Assembly: GCA_018822365.1 (NCBI GenBank)
Contig: JAHJKL010000042.1
Span: 1,077-65,076 of the forward strand
Origin: Candidatus Margulisiibacteriota bacterium
GTDB lineage: Bacteria > Margulisbacteria > WOR-1 > O2-12-FULL-45-9 > XYB2-FULL-48-7
DNA: 64,000 bases
Direction of reading: 5' to 3'
Shown here: positions 47,692-58,712 of the stretch, one piece after another
Numbering within the stretch: position 1 is the first letter of the stretch
Layout of the letters: each line of letters begins with the position of its first letter
The notes under the pieces: model-generated
Told to the model about the DNA's origin: nothing
The model's database searches: none
Seen by the model: only the letters and a program-made list of their open reading frames with translations
Translations under genes and position numbers: made by a program

Positions 47692-48813
47692 TTAGAATAA
47701 TTTACCGCCCTGAGGTTTGACCCTTATCCCTAACATAAAATTACTGTTGTTGCCATTGAGCAGGTCATCGGCCTGAAAAAGGAGGTCAAGATAATCCACT
47801 AATTCTCTCTCATAGCCCAACCTGAACTTCGGCATATTCGGCCGCGGGTTATTAATGTCGTAAAGATCGGCAATTACGTTGTTCTTTTCTCCTGGCTTGA
47901 AAACAAAGCCGCCGCCTAACTGGCTATTGATCATCCCAAGGCGGAAACTGACATCATCGGACATGGCGCTGGTAAAGAGGACGTCAAGCAGGGACATCTG
48001 CCTTGTTGGCCCTTCGCCGATCCCCAGCCGGTAATAGATCTTATCCCCCTGAAGAATATCGACATCACCCCGAACAGCGTTCGCCCGGCTCCCAATATCA
48101 ACCCCGCCCGAACTTCTCATGTTGATCTTGCCAAAATTATCAAAGAATTGATTAGCCGAAGAAAGGGTCTTTTCTGTTTCACGGATCGTCCCTTTGACAT
48201 TCTCCTGAAATTTAGGATCGCCAACAATATCTTTGATCCCCCTGTTGGTCTCGCGCAGCTCTTCGGTCAATCGATTGAGGTTCTGCGTGATCTCATCGGC
48301 CATGACGACCATATTGAGGACCGAATTCTGCAATTGCGGGTTTTCGATCATCCTGCGCAAATCAGCCAGGATCAACTTGCTCTCCTGCAGGTTCTGCGAT
48401 CCAATATCAATAAAATCAACAATAGCGGCGGTCCGCACCCCATTTATCACCATGGACGGCTCATACATGGTTTCCGCGGTCCCCGGCTTGATCTCCAGAT
48501 ATTTTAAGCCGACGATCCCGTCATAAGCGACGCGCAGGCTGGAATCGACCGGGATCTTGATCCGCGGCTCGATCACCGAAAATATCTTGATATCATAAGG
48601 GCCCGGATCGATCTTCATCACTTTGCCTATCTTCAATCCCCGGAAGCGAACTTCGGAGCCTACGGTCAGACCCTCAATGCTATTGAACGAGCCGGTCATT
48701 ATATATCCTTCCCGCATTTTAAATATCTCGGTTTTCCAGACAATGACCATCGCCAGCAAAGTCAGTGCGGTTATCGTCACGATCCCGACTTTGGCCGAAG
48801 TTGATAGGCCCAT
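47692..48813 (-). CDS. mlaD: MCE-family protein MlaD-like
   Basis: N-terminal TM followed by an MCE domain (VGSEVRFRGLKIGKV). Confidence 0.75.
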   Translation of the reverse strand: MGLSTSAKVGIVTITALTLLAMVIVWKTEIFKMREGYIMTGSFNSIEGLTVGSEVRFRGLKIGKVMKIDPGPYDIKIFSVIEPRIKIPVDSSLRVAYDGIVGLKYLEIKPGTAETMYEPSMVINGVRTAAIVDFIDIGSQNLQESKLILADLRRMIENPQLQNSVLNMVVMADEITQNLNRLTEELRETNRGIKDIVGDPKFQENVKGTIRETEKTLSSANQFFDNFGKINMRSSGGVDIGSRANAVRGDVDILQGDKIYYRLGIGEGPTRQMSLLDVLFTSAMSDDVSFRLGMINSQLGGGFVFKPGEKNNVIADLYDINNPRPNMPKFRLGYERELVDYLDLLFQADDLLNGNNSNFMLGIRVKPQGGKLF

Positions 48814-48814
48814 A

Positions 48815-49540
48815 TTACAAACCTCCTGAAATAAATTTAGCTACTATCGGATTTTTTGAGTTTTTTGTCTCTTCCGTTGTCCCTATATCGATCAATTTCC
48901 CATCATTTAACATATAAACCCTGTTTGCAACCCGATAAACGGTTTGCAGCACATGGGTGACCAGGATCGACGTCGCCTTCAATTCGCGGGCTAATTTTAC
49001 CATTAAATTTTCGATCGTAACAGAAGTTATCGGATCAAGTCCGGTGGTCGGCTCATCATACAGGATGATCTTGGGATCAAAAGCCAGCGCCCGGGCGATG
49101 CATACCCGGCGCTGCATACCGCCGGACAACTCGGACGGCATAAGTTCGCCAACCCCATCCAGCTCAACCATTTTAAGCTTCTCCGCTACGATCTTTCGGA
49201 TCTGAGCCTCGCTCTTTTTAGTATGCTGGTGCAGGGCAAAAGCGACGTTTTCATAAACGTTCATGGAATCAAACAGCGCAGAGGTCTGGAAGATCATCCC
49301 GATCTTCTTGCGAAGTTCGATCAAGGCTTCTTCCGAAAGCCGGCCAACGTCTTGCCCGTCAACAACAATCGAACCGGAGGTCGGCTCGATCAGGCGGATG
49401 ATCAACCTCAAAAGGGTGCTTTTCCCGCAACCGGAAGGGCCGATGATCGCAACCGAAGATCCGTCCTCAATCATTAGGTCTGATGATTCGATGATCTTTA
49501 GTTTGCCAAAATATTTGGTTAGTTTGTTGAATTTTATCAT
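48815..49540 (-). CDS. mlaF: ABC transporter ATP-binding protein MlaF-like
   Basis: Walker A GPSGCGKST, LSGGMQRR, Walker B. Confidence 0.85.
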   Translation of the reverse strand: MIKFNKLTKYFGKLKIIESSDLMIEDGSSVAIIGPSGCGKSTLLRLIIRLIEPTSGSIVVDGQDVGRLSEEALIELRKKIGMIFQTSALFDSMNVYENVAFALHQHTKKSEAQIRKIVAEKLKMVELDGVGELMPSELSGGMQRRVCIARALAFDPKIILYDEPTTGLDPITSVTIENLMVKLARELKATSILVTHVLQTVYRVANRVYMLNDGKLIDIGTTEETKNSKNPIVAKFISGGL

Positions 49541-50316
49541 TTAAAAAATAGCATCGAGAGAAAATAGTTCACGATAAAAAGGCTGATCAGGGTGATAACG
49601 ACCGCTGAGGTGGTCGCCTCCCCTACCCCCTTGGCCCCTCCTTTCGTGTTAAGCCCCCGGTAACAAGCAACAATAGAGATGATCATCCCAAAAACTGCGG
49701 TCTTCATTAATCCCCCGTAAAGATCCCACAATTTCGACAGGGTCTGCGCTGTCTCCATATATTCAACCGGATTTATCTTGCCAACGTAAATCGAAACTAC
49801 ATAACCGCCAAAAAAACCGGTGATGATCGTCAAAATGGTCAGCAAGGGGAGCATTACAGTCGTCGCTATAAACCGGGGGATGATCAGATAGCGGACCGGA
49901 CTTACTCCCAGGGCCTGCATAGCATCGATCTGCTCCGTAACCTTCATTGTCCCTATCTCGGCAGTGATCGACGCGGCGACCCGGGCCGCAACTACGATCC
50001 CGGTCACAGCCGGCCCAAGTTCCCGGGAAATGGCAACGCTCATCAACCCCCCCACGAACTTACCGGCTCCAAACTTTGTGAATTCGGCCGCTATCTGGAT
50101 AGCAAAGACCATCCCCACAAACGCCGAAGTGGTCAGGGCAAGAGGCAAAGAATCGAACCCAACTTTGACCATTTGATCGAGTGTCAGTTTAACGTCTATC
50201 TTTCCCTTAACAATGTCGCGCATGACCTTTCCGGTCAAACCAGAAAGTTCACCGATTATCTCTAAAAAACCGATCATCCTGTCTCCGACATTTTCCGTAA
50301 TTTTATTATATGGCAT
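49537..50316 (-). CDS. mlaE: ABC transporter permease MlaE-like
   Basis: MlaE/YrbE-family TM topology and length. Confidence 0.8.
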   Translation of the reverse strand: MPYNKITENVGDRMIGFLEIIGELSGLTGKVMRDIVKGKIDVKLTLDQMVKVGFDSLPLALTTSAFVGMVFAIQIAAEFTKFGAGKFVGGLMSVAISRELGPAVTGIVVAARVAASITAEIGTMKVTEQIDAMQALGVSPVRYLIIPRFIATTVMLPLLTILTIITGFFGGYVVSIYVGKINPVEYMETAQTLSKLWDLYGGLMKTAVFGMIISIVACYRGLNTKGGAKGVGEATTSAVVITLISLFIVNYFLSMLFFK

Positions 50317-51118
50317 ATGGCAATTGTTCGATCACATCGGTCGCGATCAAACCATTTTCTCCTTTATCCTTTAAGGCAAGGTCGCCTGCCGCACCGTGCA
50401 CTCTGACCCCCAAGGTTGCCGCCGACCAGGCCGACAATCCCCGCGCTGCCAGGGCGCCGATCACTCCGGTCAAAACATCCCCCGTCCCGGCGGTCGCCAT
50501 TCCAGGATTGCCGGTCTTATTTTCATAAGTTTTGCCGTTGGGATCAGCGACAATGGTGCGATGTCCTTTCAGGACCAACACGCAATTATACTTATGGGCA
50601 AACCCGCTGGCAACTTCCAGGCGATGCCGCTGGATCTCTTCCACGCTTAATCCGCATAGCCGGGACATTTCACCGGGATGAGGAGTAAGGATCAGGTTCA
50701 AATCCAGCAAAGGTGGTTTTTCCGGCCGGCCGTTGAAAATAGCCAGCGCATCGGCGTCAATGATCACCGGAGAAGCGAATCGCTTCTTTGATAAATAGGA
50801 CAAGATCCCTTCGGCAATATGCCGTCTACCACCAAGGCCGGGGCCAATGGCAATAGAGGAAAACTCATAAGGGAGACGTTCATAGTCACTAACCCGATCG
50901 ATCCCGGCAGTAATAACTTCTGGGGTCGCGCAATTCACCTGATCCATAGAGCGGGAAGGAACGCCTAAGTAAACCAAGCCGGTGCCTGTTCGCATCGCGG
51001 CCCGGCTGCAGAGCAGGGCGGCGCCAAGCATCCCGGTGGAACCGGCCAGAATAAACAAGCGCCCAAAGTCACCTTTGTGAGAAGTAAGAGGTCGTTTATG
51101 AAGTTCAGCTTTCAACAT
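50306..51118 (-). CDS. nnrD: ADP-dependent NAD(P)H-hydrate dehydratase (YjeF C-terminal domain)
   Basis: HKGDFGRLFILAGS and GDVLTG motifs. The start was set at MLKAEL; the longer ORF-track N-terminus is low-complexity. Confidence 0.7.
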   Translation of the reverse strand: MLKAELHKRPLTSHKGDFGRLFILAGSTGMLGAALLCSRAAMRTGTGLVYLGVPSRSMDQVNCATPEVITAGIDRVSDYERLPYEFSSIAIGPGLGGRRHIAEGILSYLSKKRFASPVIIDADALAIFNGRPEKPPLLDLNLILTPHPGEMSRLCGLSVEEIQRHRLEVASGFAHKYNCVLVLKGHRTIVADPNGKTYENKTGNPGMATAGTGDVLTGVIGALAARGLSAWSAATLGVRVHGAAGDLALKDKGENGLIATDVIEQLPYAI

Positions 51119-51476
51119 AGACCGACGCCACCGCGTAATCGCGGCTGTGCGAAAGGCTAACCTGAACATTGGCGAGGAGCTTTCCTTTAAACAAGATATG
51201 CGGCTTGCCGTCTTGATTATTACCGACCTCGATATCAAGCCAGCCAACACCCCGGTTGGGGCGGCCAAAACCTTTGATCCCGGTCCCAATCGCCTTGGAG
51301 TAAGCTTCTTTAGCGGCAAATCTAACCGCCAGTTCCGGGACCCGATAAACTTTTTGCCGGGTGCAGTATTTTATTTCGGACGTTGAAAAGACCCGACGCA
51401 GGAATTTTTCCCCATAGTTATCGACGGCGGCCCTGATCCGTCCGATCTCAATAATATCTATGCCTATCCCCTTCAT
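51105..51476 (-). CDS. acpS: holo-[acyl-carrier-protein] synthase
   Basis: MKGIGIDIIEI N-terminus and length about 123 aa. Confidence 0.8.
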   Translation of the reverse strand: MKGIGIDIIEIGRIRAAVDNYGEKFLRRVFSTSEIKYCTRQKVYRVPELAVRFAAKEAYSKAIGTGIKGFGRPNRGVGWLDIEVGNNQDGKPHILFKGKLLANVQVSLSHSRDYAVASVYVES

Positions 51477-51480
51477 AGTT

Positions 51481-52395
51481 TTAATAAACCGGCGTACTCC
51501 AGGAAGCATATTTGGGATTATCGCCGCGAGCCGCCTTAAAATATATATCCTGGATCTTTTTGGTGGTCGGGCCGACTTTCCCGTCCTTGATCACCGTACC
51601 ATCAACTTCCGCGATCGGCGAAACCTGGGCGCCAGTCCCGCAAAAAAACAGTTCATCAGCGGTATAAAGCTCGGACTGCTGGATCTGCCGCTCAATTGTC
51701 TTGAGGCCAAGCTCCTGTTCGGCCAGTTCCATGATACAAAGACGGGTGATCCCCGGCAGGATCGTCTCTGATACCGGAGGAGTGATCAGCTGGCCGTTCT
51801 TGACCATGAACAGGTTCTCCCCCGATCCTTCAGCGACAGTTTTTTCGTGAGACAGCAGGATCGCTTCATCGTATCCCTTTTCCAGCGCTTCCGCCTTGGC
51901 CAATGAAGAGTTGAAATATGACCCGGTCATTTTAGCCCCTTGAGGAGCCGACCTGGCCGAGATCCGCCACCAGGAAGAAACGCAAACCCTGATCCCTTTA
52001 TTAATATCCAAATAATTGCCGAACGGAGCCATAAACATGCAAAAGTCATCTTCAATACCGATCAAGCCTAACCCGATTTTTGCCTGCGATTTGTAATAGA
52101 TCGGCCGGAAATAAACGTCTTCTTTATAGCCGTTCTTCCTGGCCAATTCCAGGGTGATCTTACACAACTCATCGATCGAATACTTCATTTCAGCCTTCAA
52201 GCCAAGGTTAGTCGAGCGCTGCAGCCGTTCATAATGCTCCTTCAGTTTAACCACGAACATTTGGCTTTTATCAGCGTTCCAGTACCCTCTGATACCTTCA
52301 AATACACCTGTTCCGTAATTAAAAGCGTGGGTCATAATGGAGATATTAGCCTGTTCAAACGGTACGATCTTTCCCTTAAAAAACGCGTATTTCAT
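51481..52395 (-). CDS. ilvE: branched-chain-amino-acid aminotransferase
   Basis: Class IV aminotransferase motifs and length. Confidence 0.9.
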   Translation of the reverse strand: MKYAFFKGKIVPFEQANISIMTHAFNYGTGVFEGIRGYWNADKSQMFVVKLKEHYERLQRSTNLGLKAEMKYSIDELCKITLELARKNGYKEDVYFRPIYYKSQAKIGLGLIGIEDDFCMFMAPFGNYLDINKGIRVCVSSWWRISARSAPQGAKMTGSYFNSSLAKAEALEKGYDEAILLSHEKTVAEGSGENLFMVKNGQLITPPVSETILPGITRLCIMELAEQELGLKTIERQIQQSELYTADELFFCGTGAQVSPIAEVDGTVIKDGKVGPTTKKIQDIYFKAARGDNPKYASWSTPVY

Positions 52396-52409
52396 GTAAA
52401 CCCTCTCTT

Positions 52410-53969
52410 CTACATAGATTCCGGAGCCGTTATTCCCAATAAGTTTAACACATTGCGTAGAGTAATTCGAGTTGCCCCCACCAGGTACTCACGCGAGGGA
52501 TTTCCCAAAACTTTGCATTGTTCGTAAAAAGAATGAAAAAGGGCCGCCAACTCTTTGCCGTATTCACAGATCCGATGAGGATGGCGAAGCTGGGCGGCGT
52601 CATAAACAACTTCAGGAAACCGGATCAGCTTCATGATCAGATTCCGTTCCGCCGGCGTACTTAACTCACTGATCTTTAACTCTTTGATCCCTTGATCACT
52701 TGATCCCTCTCCCTTTCTTAATATTCCGCAAATCCTGGCATGCCCGTATTGCAAATAGAAAACCGGGTTATCGCTTGAGCGTTTTTTTGCCAGCTCCAGG
52801 TCAAAATCAAGATGCGAATTCACGTCGGTCGCGGCAAAGAAAAAGCGGGTCGCGTCCGCCCCGATCTCTTCGACCACCTCTTTCAGCGCCACCATCTCGC
52901 CGGTCCGCTTGCTCATTCTGACCTGTTCGTCGCCGCGGTAGAGGGCGACCAGCTGGCCGATTATAATTTCCAATTTTTCGGCGGGGAGCCCGATCGCCTT
53001 GAGGGCCGCTTTCAAGCGCTGGACATAACCGTGATGGTCGGTTCCCCAAATATCGATCATCAAGTCATACCCGCGGTTAAATTTATTCAGATGATACGCG
53101 ATATCGGCGGCAAAATAGGTCGGCTTCCCGTCTTCCCTGACCAGGACCCGGTTTTTATCGTCGCCGTGTTCCTGGGACTTGAACCAGATCGCCCCCCCTT
53201 CTTCAAAGGTCTGGTGTTTATTCTTTAACTGGTCAACCGCTCCCATAACCAGATTCTGATCGTGCAGTTCGTTCTCGAAGAAAAAACGGTCAAAAACTAC
53301 GCCAACGGAAGACAAAACCTGTTTCTGTTCTTCCAGGTTGCAGGCAAGCATTTCACCGATTGTTTCCCCTTTGATCTCTTTAACATAAGCTCCGCCGTAG
53401 CCGTTTTCCGGTGTCGGTTGGCCGCTCCTGGCGGCGAGAACCGAAGCGTAGAGTTTTTCCACCTGATTGCCGACATTATTGACGTAAAATTCTTTTTCCA
53501 CCCGATAGCCGACTGCTTCAAAAAGCCGCGCCAAACAGTCGCCAAAGACCGCCCAGCGGCCATGACCAACATGGAGCGGTCCGGTTGGGTTGGCGGAAAC
53601 ATATTCCAGAAGGACGGAACGATCAGCATAAAGCGCGGATCTTCCCCAGGCCTGATCAAGCGGAATGACCTCTTTTAGTCGCTGCTCTATTGTCCGGTCG
53701 GATAGAAAAAAATTAATAAACCCGGGCGGGGCGATCTCAATTTTGACAAAATGACCGCCCTGGTCAAGTTTTTCCATCTCAGCCACAAGTTCTTTGGCAA
53801 TTTGCAACGGTGGCTTTTTTAATGCCTTGGCGTTGACGATCGCCGCATTCGTGGCATAATCACCAAGCTCCCGTCGAGGCGGGACCTCGACCTTGTACAA
53901 GACCGGCTCATTAACACCAAGGAGGCCAAAGGCCCCCCTGATCTGTGATTCTATTACCGAACGAAGCAT
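52410..53969 (-). CDS. argS: arginine--tRNA ligase
   Basis: HVGHGRW (HIGH) and MSKRTG (KMSKS) motifs. Confidence 0.9.
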   Translation of the reverse strand: MLRSVIESQIRGAFGLLGVNEPVLYKVEVPPRRELGDYATNAAIVNAKALKKPPLQIAKELVAEMEKLDQGGHFVKIEIAPPGFINFFLSDRTIEQRLKEVIPLDQAWGRSALYADRSVLLEYVSANPTGPLHVGHGRWAVFGDCLARLFEAVGYRVEKEFYVNNVGNQVEKLYASVLAARSGQPTPENGYGGAYVKEIKGETIGEMLACNLEEQKQVLSSVGVVFDRFFFENELHDQNLVMGAVDQLKNKHQTFEEGGAIWFKSQEHGDDKNRVLVREDGKPTYFAADIAYHLNKFNRGYDLMIDIWGTDHHGYVQRLKAALKAIGLPAEKLEIIIGQLVALYRGDEQVRMSKRTGEMVALKEVVEEIGADATRFFFAATDVNSHLDFDLELAKKRSSDNPVFYLQYGHARICGILRKGEGSSDQGIKELKISELSTPAERNLIMKLIRFPEVVYDAAQLRHPHRICEYGKELAALFHSFYEQCKVLGNPSREYLVGATRITLRNVLNLLGITAPESM

Positions 53970-54032
53970 GCTACCTCTTTCTCGGAAACCAAGACTAAAC
54001 GTCTCGGTCGTCTATTCGCGCGTTTCCAATAA

Positions 54033-54213
54033 TTATGATTTATTTTCGTTTAAATTCTTCTTTATCTCGTCAAACTTTTCTTTCCCTTTTTCCAGCGACT
54101 CTTTCAGCTTGGCCCTGGTTTCCTCACCTTTACCAGGAGCAAAGATCAGGCCACCGATCGCACCCAATAAGCCGCCAACAGCAAACACCTTGAACAACCT
54201 TTTAATTCCCATT
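54033..54213 (-). CDS. YtxH-like small stress/membrane protein (59 aa)
   Basis: Translated by hand: MGIKRLFKVFAVGGLLGAIGGLIFAPGKGEETRAKLKE... Strong RBS AAGGAGGA. Absent from the ORF track (under 60 aa). Confidence 0.5.
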
Positions 54214-54504
54214 TCAATCCTCCTTCTTTTCTTTTAGAAAAACGTTCAACCCTTTGCGCAATCCGCCGACAAAAGCGGCGATCGTCGTGTTCTTGCTCCA
54301 CTTCTTTTTTGAACCGCCAAAGGAGTTGAAGATCATGGTCACCGCGTCCAGCAACGAGGCGATCGCCAGAACCTTTTCCCTGATCTCGGCGCTCATTTTG
54401 CGGACGTCGGTCAAGATCAAGATCCCCTGAATGACCGCGACCGTCAGGGCCAGAAGGAGCAGAACCCCGGAAAAGATCAGAACGTTTATTAAAATGTCAT
54501 GCAT
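54214..54504 (-). CDS. DUF948-like membrane protein
   Basis: N-terminal TM plus a coiled segment. Adjacent to YtxH-like genes, as in Firmicutes. Confidence 0.5.
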   Translation of the reverse strand: MHDILINVLIFSGVLLLLALTVAVIQGILILTDVRKMSAEIREKVLAIASLLDAVTMIFNSFGGSKKKWSKNTTIAAFVGGLRKGLNVFLKEKKED

Positions 54505-54507
54505 TTT

Positions 54508-54738
54508 TTATCCTCCTTCAAGCTCTTCTTCGATCTTTTCCGCCTCTTCCAAACCAACGCAAAAAGCTTCGGCGAACCGGTCAAGAACTTCTCCCAGATT
54601 AAACTCATGGATCTTTTTTTTGATCGTCCCCCTGGTTTTTTCGCTGATCGAGGGAGAGATCATCAACCCCAGCACCCCGCCGATCAAACCGCCGGCCAAC
54701 AAACCGACCAGCAGCGTATTATCTTCTTGTTCGGGCAT
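54508..54738 (-). CDS. small Gly-zipper membrane protein (YtxH-like)
   Basis: The start was set at MPEQEDN. LLAGGLIGGVLGLMISP motif. Confidence 0.35.
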   Translation of the reverse strand: MPEQEDNTLLVGLLAGGLIGGVLGLMISPSISEKTRGTIKKKIHEFNLGEVLDRFAEAFCVGLEEAEKIEEELEGG

Positions 54739-54739
54739 T

Positions 54740-55624
54740 TTATCTCCCTTTAAGGCCTGCCTGCCGATAGGCGGGGTACGAACCAAGCAACTTAAAGAAC
54801 GAAGTTTTTCTTCTTAAATTTTTCAAAACGACCTGAACATCAAGATCTGTCCGGTGTCCCTGCATATCGGCAAAAAAGTAATAATCTCCCAACGATTTCT
54901 TTGAAGGACGGGATTCGATTTTGGTAAGATTGATGTCTTTATCCGCGATCTCCGCCAGGACATCATGCAAACCGCCCGGCCGGTCCTTGGCGATTGAAAA
55001 CACGATCGAGGTCTTGTCTTTGCCGGTCCGGGGGTGATCTGATCCAGCCAGGACCACAAAACGGGTCTGGTTGTCTTTCGCGTTGATCTGTGAGGCGATA
55101 ATATTCAAATTGTAAAGTTTGGCCGAGGCCTTGGTCCCGATCGCGGCAAAAACGTGCCCTTTGACCTTGCCGTGGGCAATGATCTTTTCGCCTAAAGAGA
55201 TCGCCACCTGACGGACCGCGTCAGCTGAACTATAGGCGAGATGCAGTTTAGCGTGTGGAAGGTTTTTCTTCAGAAAATCCCGGGATTGGTCCAGCACGGG
55301 CGGGTTGGAGATAACATCGGTCACTTCTTTGAGCCGTATCCCTTTTTGGGCGATCAGGTAATGGTAGATAGGCAGGACAAATTCCTGCTTGATCTTCAGA
55401 TCGACATCTTTGACCAGCATATCGGTCACGATCCCGATCGTCCCTTCTATCGAGTTCTCGATCGGCAGGACCGCTTCATCGATCATTTTTTTATTAACGG
55501 CGGTTATCAGATCAAAAAATGTAGAGTAAGGAATGATATCGGCTTTTTGCTTAAGTTTTTTGACGTATAAAAACCCGGCCTCTTCGCTATTGGTCCCTTC
55601 AGGACCGAGGTACCCTACTTTCAT
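54740..55624 (-). CDS. pheA: prephenate dehydratase
   Basis: PDT domain ([12 protein letters not shown]) followed by a C-terminal ACT domain. Confidence 0.85.
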   Translation of the reverse strand: MKVGYLGPEGTNSEEAGFLYVKKLKQKADIIPYSTFFDLITAVNKKMIDEAVLPIENSIEGTIGIVTDMLVKDVDLKIKQEFVLPIYHYLIAQKGIRLKEVTDVISNPPVLDQSRDFLKKNLPHAKLHLAYSSADAVRQVAISLGEKIIAHGKVKGHVFAAIGTKASAKLYNLNIIASQINAKDNQTRFVVLAGSDHPRTGKDKTSIVFSIAKDRPGGLHDVLAEIADKDINLTKIESRPSKKSLGDYYFFADMQGHRTDLDVQVVLKNLRRKTSFFKLLGSYPAYRQAGLKGR

Positions 55625-56057
55625 GTCTTACAACCTCCAGCTTTGATTCTTTCAGCATTTCGCTCGCCAGGGCGTCGGGATAACCGCCTTCATAAACCAG
55701 CTTGACCAGCCCGGCATTAATGATCATTTTAACACAGATGACACAGGGCTGAAAGGTACAATAGAGGGTCCCGCCTTCAATTTTCACGCCGTGCCAGGCG
55801 GCCTGGATGATAGCGTTTTGTTCGGCATGCAGGCCTCGGCAAAGTTCATGCCGCTGGCCGGAAGGAATGTCCATCTGTTTGCGGATGCAGGTTTCGTTGG
55901 TGCAATGCTTAAAACCGCGAGGAGTGCCATTATAACCGGTAGCTAAGATCCGCTTCTCTTTTACAATGATCGCGCCGACGCTCCGTTTAACACAGGTTGC
56001 CCGCTCACTGACATCATGAGCGATCTTCATGAAATAATCGTCCCAGCCTGGCCTCAT
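55599..56057 (-). CDS. dCMP deaminase (ComEB-type cytidine/deoxycytidylate deaminase)
   Basis: HAEQNAI and PCVICV zinc-ligand motifs. Confidence 0.8.
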   Translation of the reverse strand: MRPGWDDYFMKIAHDVSERATCVKRSVGAIIVKEKRILATGYNGTPRGFKHCTNETCIRKQMDIPSGQRHELCRGLHAEQNAIIQAAWHGVKIEGGTLYCTFQPCVICVKMIINAGLVKLVYEGGYPDALASEMLKESKLEVVRHESRVPRS

Positions 56058-57001
56058 TTTTTCCTTTTAAGCACGGCACGAGCCGCTTTGATTATTTCTT
56101 CGGCAGTCAAACCATATTTGACCAGTAGTTCGTCTGGTTTGCCAGATTCGCCAAAAACGTCCTTCAGTCCAACCCTGACCATTGGGACAACACAATTTTC
56201 GACCAGTACTTCGGCCACCGCCCCGCCGAGGCCTCCAAGGATCGAATGTTCTTCAACGGTCAGCGCCGCCCCGGTCCGTTTAACCGAATCAACGATCAAC
56301 TTTTTATCGAGCGGTTTGATGGTGTGCAGGTTAACAACTTCGGCCTCGATCCCTTTTTTCGCAAGTTCGGCCGCCGCATCCAGCGCGGTCGCGACCATAA
56401 TGCCGCAGGAAAAGATCGTGAGGTCTCTGCCAGGGCGCAAAACAACGCCACGGCCAAGTTGAAATTTATAGTTTTCAGCGTTGATGATCTTGGTTTTAGG
56501 CCGGCTTAAGCGGATGTACATGGGGCCGTGGAACTCCGCCGCCGCGCGGATCACCTTTTCGGTCTCAACCGAATCGGACGGGACAACGACCGTCATGTTC
56601 GGAATGACCCGCATGATGGCGATATCTTCGTTCGCCTGGTGGGAAGCGCCGTCTTCGCCGGTCACAATACCGGCGTGAGTCACCACTATTTTTACATTGG
56701 CTCGGGTATATGCAACAGATACCCGGACCTGGTCCCAGGCGCGTCCGGAACCAAAAACCGCAAAAGTGGAGGCAAAAGCGATCTTGCCGCAGGCGGCCAA
56801 TCCGGCCGCGGTGCCGATCATATCCTGTTCCGCTACCCCCATATTAAAGAAACGATCGGGAAACAGCTTGCCAAATTCAGCCGTTTTGGTCGAAGCGGAA
56901 AGATCGGCGTCCAAAACGACAATGTTCGGGTTTTCTTTCCCCAGTTGAGCCAAAGCTTTTCCGTAAGCGTCACGCGTCGCGGCTAATTTAACCTCGCTCA
57001 T
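56054..57001 (-). CDS. transketolase, C-terminal (pyrimidine-binding) subunit
   Basis: Split transketolase. Overlaps the N-terminal subunit gene by 4 bp. Confidence 0.9.
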   Translation of the reverse strand: MSEVKLAATRDAYGKALAQLGKENPNIVVLDADLSASTKTAEFGKLFPDRFFNMGVAEQDMIGTAAGLAACGKIAFASTFAVFGSGRAWDQVRVSVAYTRANVKIVVTHAGIVTGEDGASHQANEDIAIMRVIPNMTVVVPSDSVETEKVIRAAAEFHGPMYIRLSRPKTKIINAENYKFQLGRGVVLRPGRDLTIFSCGIMVATALDAAAELAKKGIEAEVVNLHTIKPLDKKLIVDSVKRTGAALTVEEHSILGGLGGAVAEVLVENCVVPMVRVGLKDVFGESGKPDELLVKYGLTAEEIIKAARAVLKRKK

Positions 57002-57840
57002 AACTCAATATCCTTTATTTTGCAAAGTTCACACAGGGCCTGCTTCTCCTGTTCGGGGGTCGGAGGGGAACCATGGAAACTAAGAGGGGCCGCCTCCATA
57101 AAGCTGACCCCCTTGCCTTTGATCGTGTCCGCGATAATTACCGTCGGTTTACCTTTTGTTTTTTGGGCGCTGTCGATCGCGGCGATCAACGCTTTAATGG
57201 AATGCCCGTCGCATCGGACAACATGCCAGCCGAAAGCTTTCCACTTATCCTCAAATGGGTTAAGGGTTTTAACATCCTCAATCTTCCCGTCGATCTGGTA
57301 TTTGTTATGATCAACGATCGCCGTCAAATTGTCGATCTTCCGGTGGCCGGAGGTCATGGCCGCTTCCCAAATCTGCCCCTCCTGGCATTCGCCGTCGCCA
57401 AGCAAACAAAAAACATGATAATCTTTTTTGTCGAGCCGGCCGGCCAGCGCCATTCCGTTGGCGGCAGAAAGCCCCTGCCCAAGCGAACCGGTCGACATTT
57501 CTATGCCGGGGAGAGAAAGCATATCAATATGACCCTGAAGCGAACTCCCCATCTGGCGCAAAGTCTTCAAATATTTGGCTGGGAAATAACCAGCTTCCGC
57601 CAGCGCCGAATATAAAATAGGCGCGGCGTGCCCTTTGCTCATCACAAACCGGTCGCGATCGACCCAGCCTGGATCTTTGGGTCTGTGGCGCAAGGTATGA
57701 AAATAAAGCACGGTGATAATGTCGGCCGCGGAAAGCGAACCGCCCGGATGTCCGGAAGCGGCGGCGCAGGTCATCGCGATGACGTGTTGTCGTAATTTTG
57801 ACGCTATTTCCTGGAGTTTTTTGATTTCATCGCCGCTCAT
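56998..57840 (-). CDS. transketolase, N-terminal (TPP-binding) subunit
   Basis: GHPGGSLS and GDGE motifs. Confidence 0.9.
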   Translation of the reverse strand: MSGDEIKKLQEIASKLRQHVIAMTCAAASGHPGGSLSAADIITVLYFHTLRHRPKDPGWVDRDRFVMSKGHAAPILYSALAEAGYFPAKYLKTLRQMGSSLQGHIDMLSLPGIEMSTGSLGQGLSAANGMALAGRLDKKDYHVFCLLGDGECQEGQIWEAAMTSGHRKIDNLTAIVDHNKYQIDGKIEDVKTLNPFEDKWKAFGWHVVRCDGHSIKALIAAIDSAQKTKGKPTVIIADTIKGKGVSFMEAAPLSFHGSPPTPEQEKQALCELCKIKDIEL

Positions 57841-57844
57841 TTGG

Positions 57845-58708
57845 TTATTCTACCATAAGTTTAATCTCGGGCTCAAGGTTGACCTTATACTTTGCTTTAA
57901 CGATCTTTTGCAGGCTGGTCATCAGCTTCAGAACATCACGGCTCGACGCTTCACCAAGATTGACTATAAAGTTGGCGTGTTTTTCAGATACCTGGGCATC
58001 GCCGCAGCGCAACCCCTTCCCCCCCGCGTCCTGCACCAGCTTTCCGGCGGTCCTTTTTGGCGGATTTTTAAAAACGCTGCCGGCATTCGGGATGCCGAGG
58101 GGTTGTTTCAACTTCCTTTGCGCCAAATAGTCATTGATCTTTTGACGCATCGATTTGGTCTGGCCGTTTTTTAGCTTAAAAGCAGCTTCTACAACAATTA
58201 AACTCCGTTTTTCGATCACGCTTTTTCGATAGCCAAAACCCAGCTCTTTTCCGGTCAGAACAAATTCTTCCCCATTTTTATCAAGCACCTTTACATGATC
58301 AATAAAGCCGGAGAGCTCTTTACCCCACGCCCCCGCATTCATGACGACAGCGCCTCCAACTGTCCCCGGTATCCCGGCCAAAAATTCCAAACCAGTCAGG
58401 CGGCATTTAAGGGCAACCTGGACCAAATGGGGCAAATATACACCGGCTTCGGCAAATAATAAATTATCTTTAAAATATATCCTTTTTAATCCCGTAGCCA
58501 GCTTGATAACCAGTCCCCGAAAACCCTTATCCAGGGCCAGGACATTGGTCCCCGCGCCAAGGATAGTGTATTTTATTTTCTTCTCCCGCGCGTATTGGAT
58601 CGCTTCGGCCAGCTCAGCCTGGTTCTTTGGCACGCAAAACAACCTGGCGGGCCCGCCTATTCGAAACGACGTATGTTTTTTCAATGGTTCGTTCTTGCTA
58701 TACTTCAT
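57845..58708 (-). CDS. murB: UDP-N-acetylenolpyruvoylglucosamine reductase
   Basis: FAD-binding N-terminal domain; dcw-cluster context. Confidence 0.9.
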   Translation of the reverse strand: MKYSKNEPLKKHTSFRIGGPARLFCVPKNQAELAEAIQYAREKKIKYTILGAGTNVLALDKGFRGLVIKLATGLKRIYFKDNLLFAEAGVYLPHLVQVALKCRLTGLEFLAGIPGTVGGAVVMNAGAWGKELSGFIDHVKVLDKNGEEFVLTGKELGFGYRKSVIEKRSLIVVEAAFKLKNGQTKSMRQKINDYLAQRKLKQPLGIPNAGSVFKNPPKRTAGKLVQDAGGKGLRCGDAQVSEKHANFIVNLGEASSRDVLKLMTSLQKIVKAKYKVNLEPEIKLMVE

Positions 58709-58712
58709 TAAA

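Noticed and set aside
53893-54237. 114-aa plus-strand ORF downstream of argS
   Set aside because: Low-complexity translation. The minus strand instead encodes a YtxH-like gene with a strong RBS.
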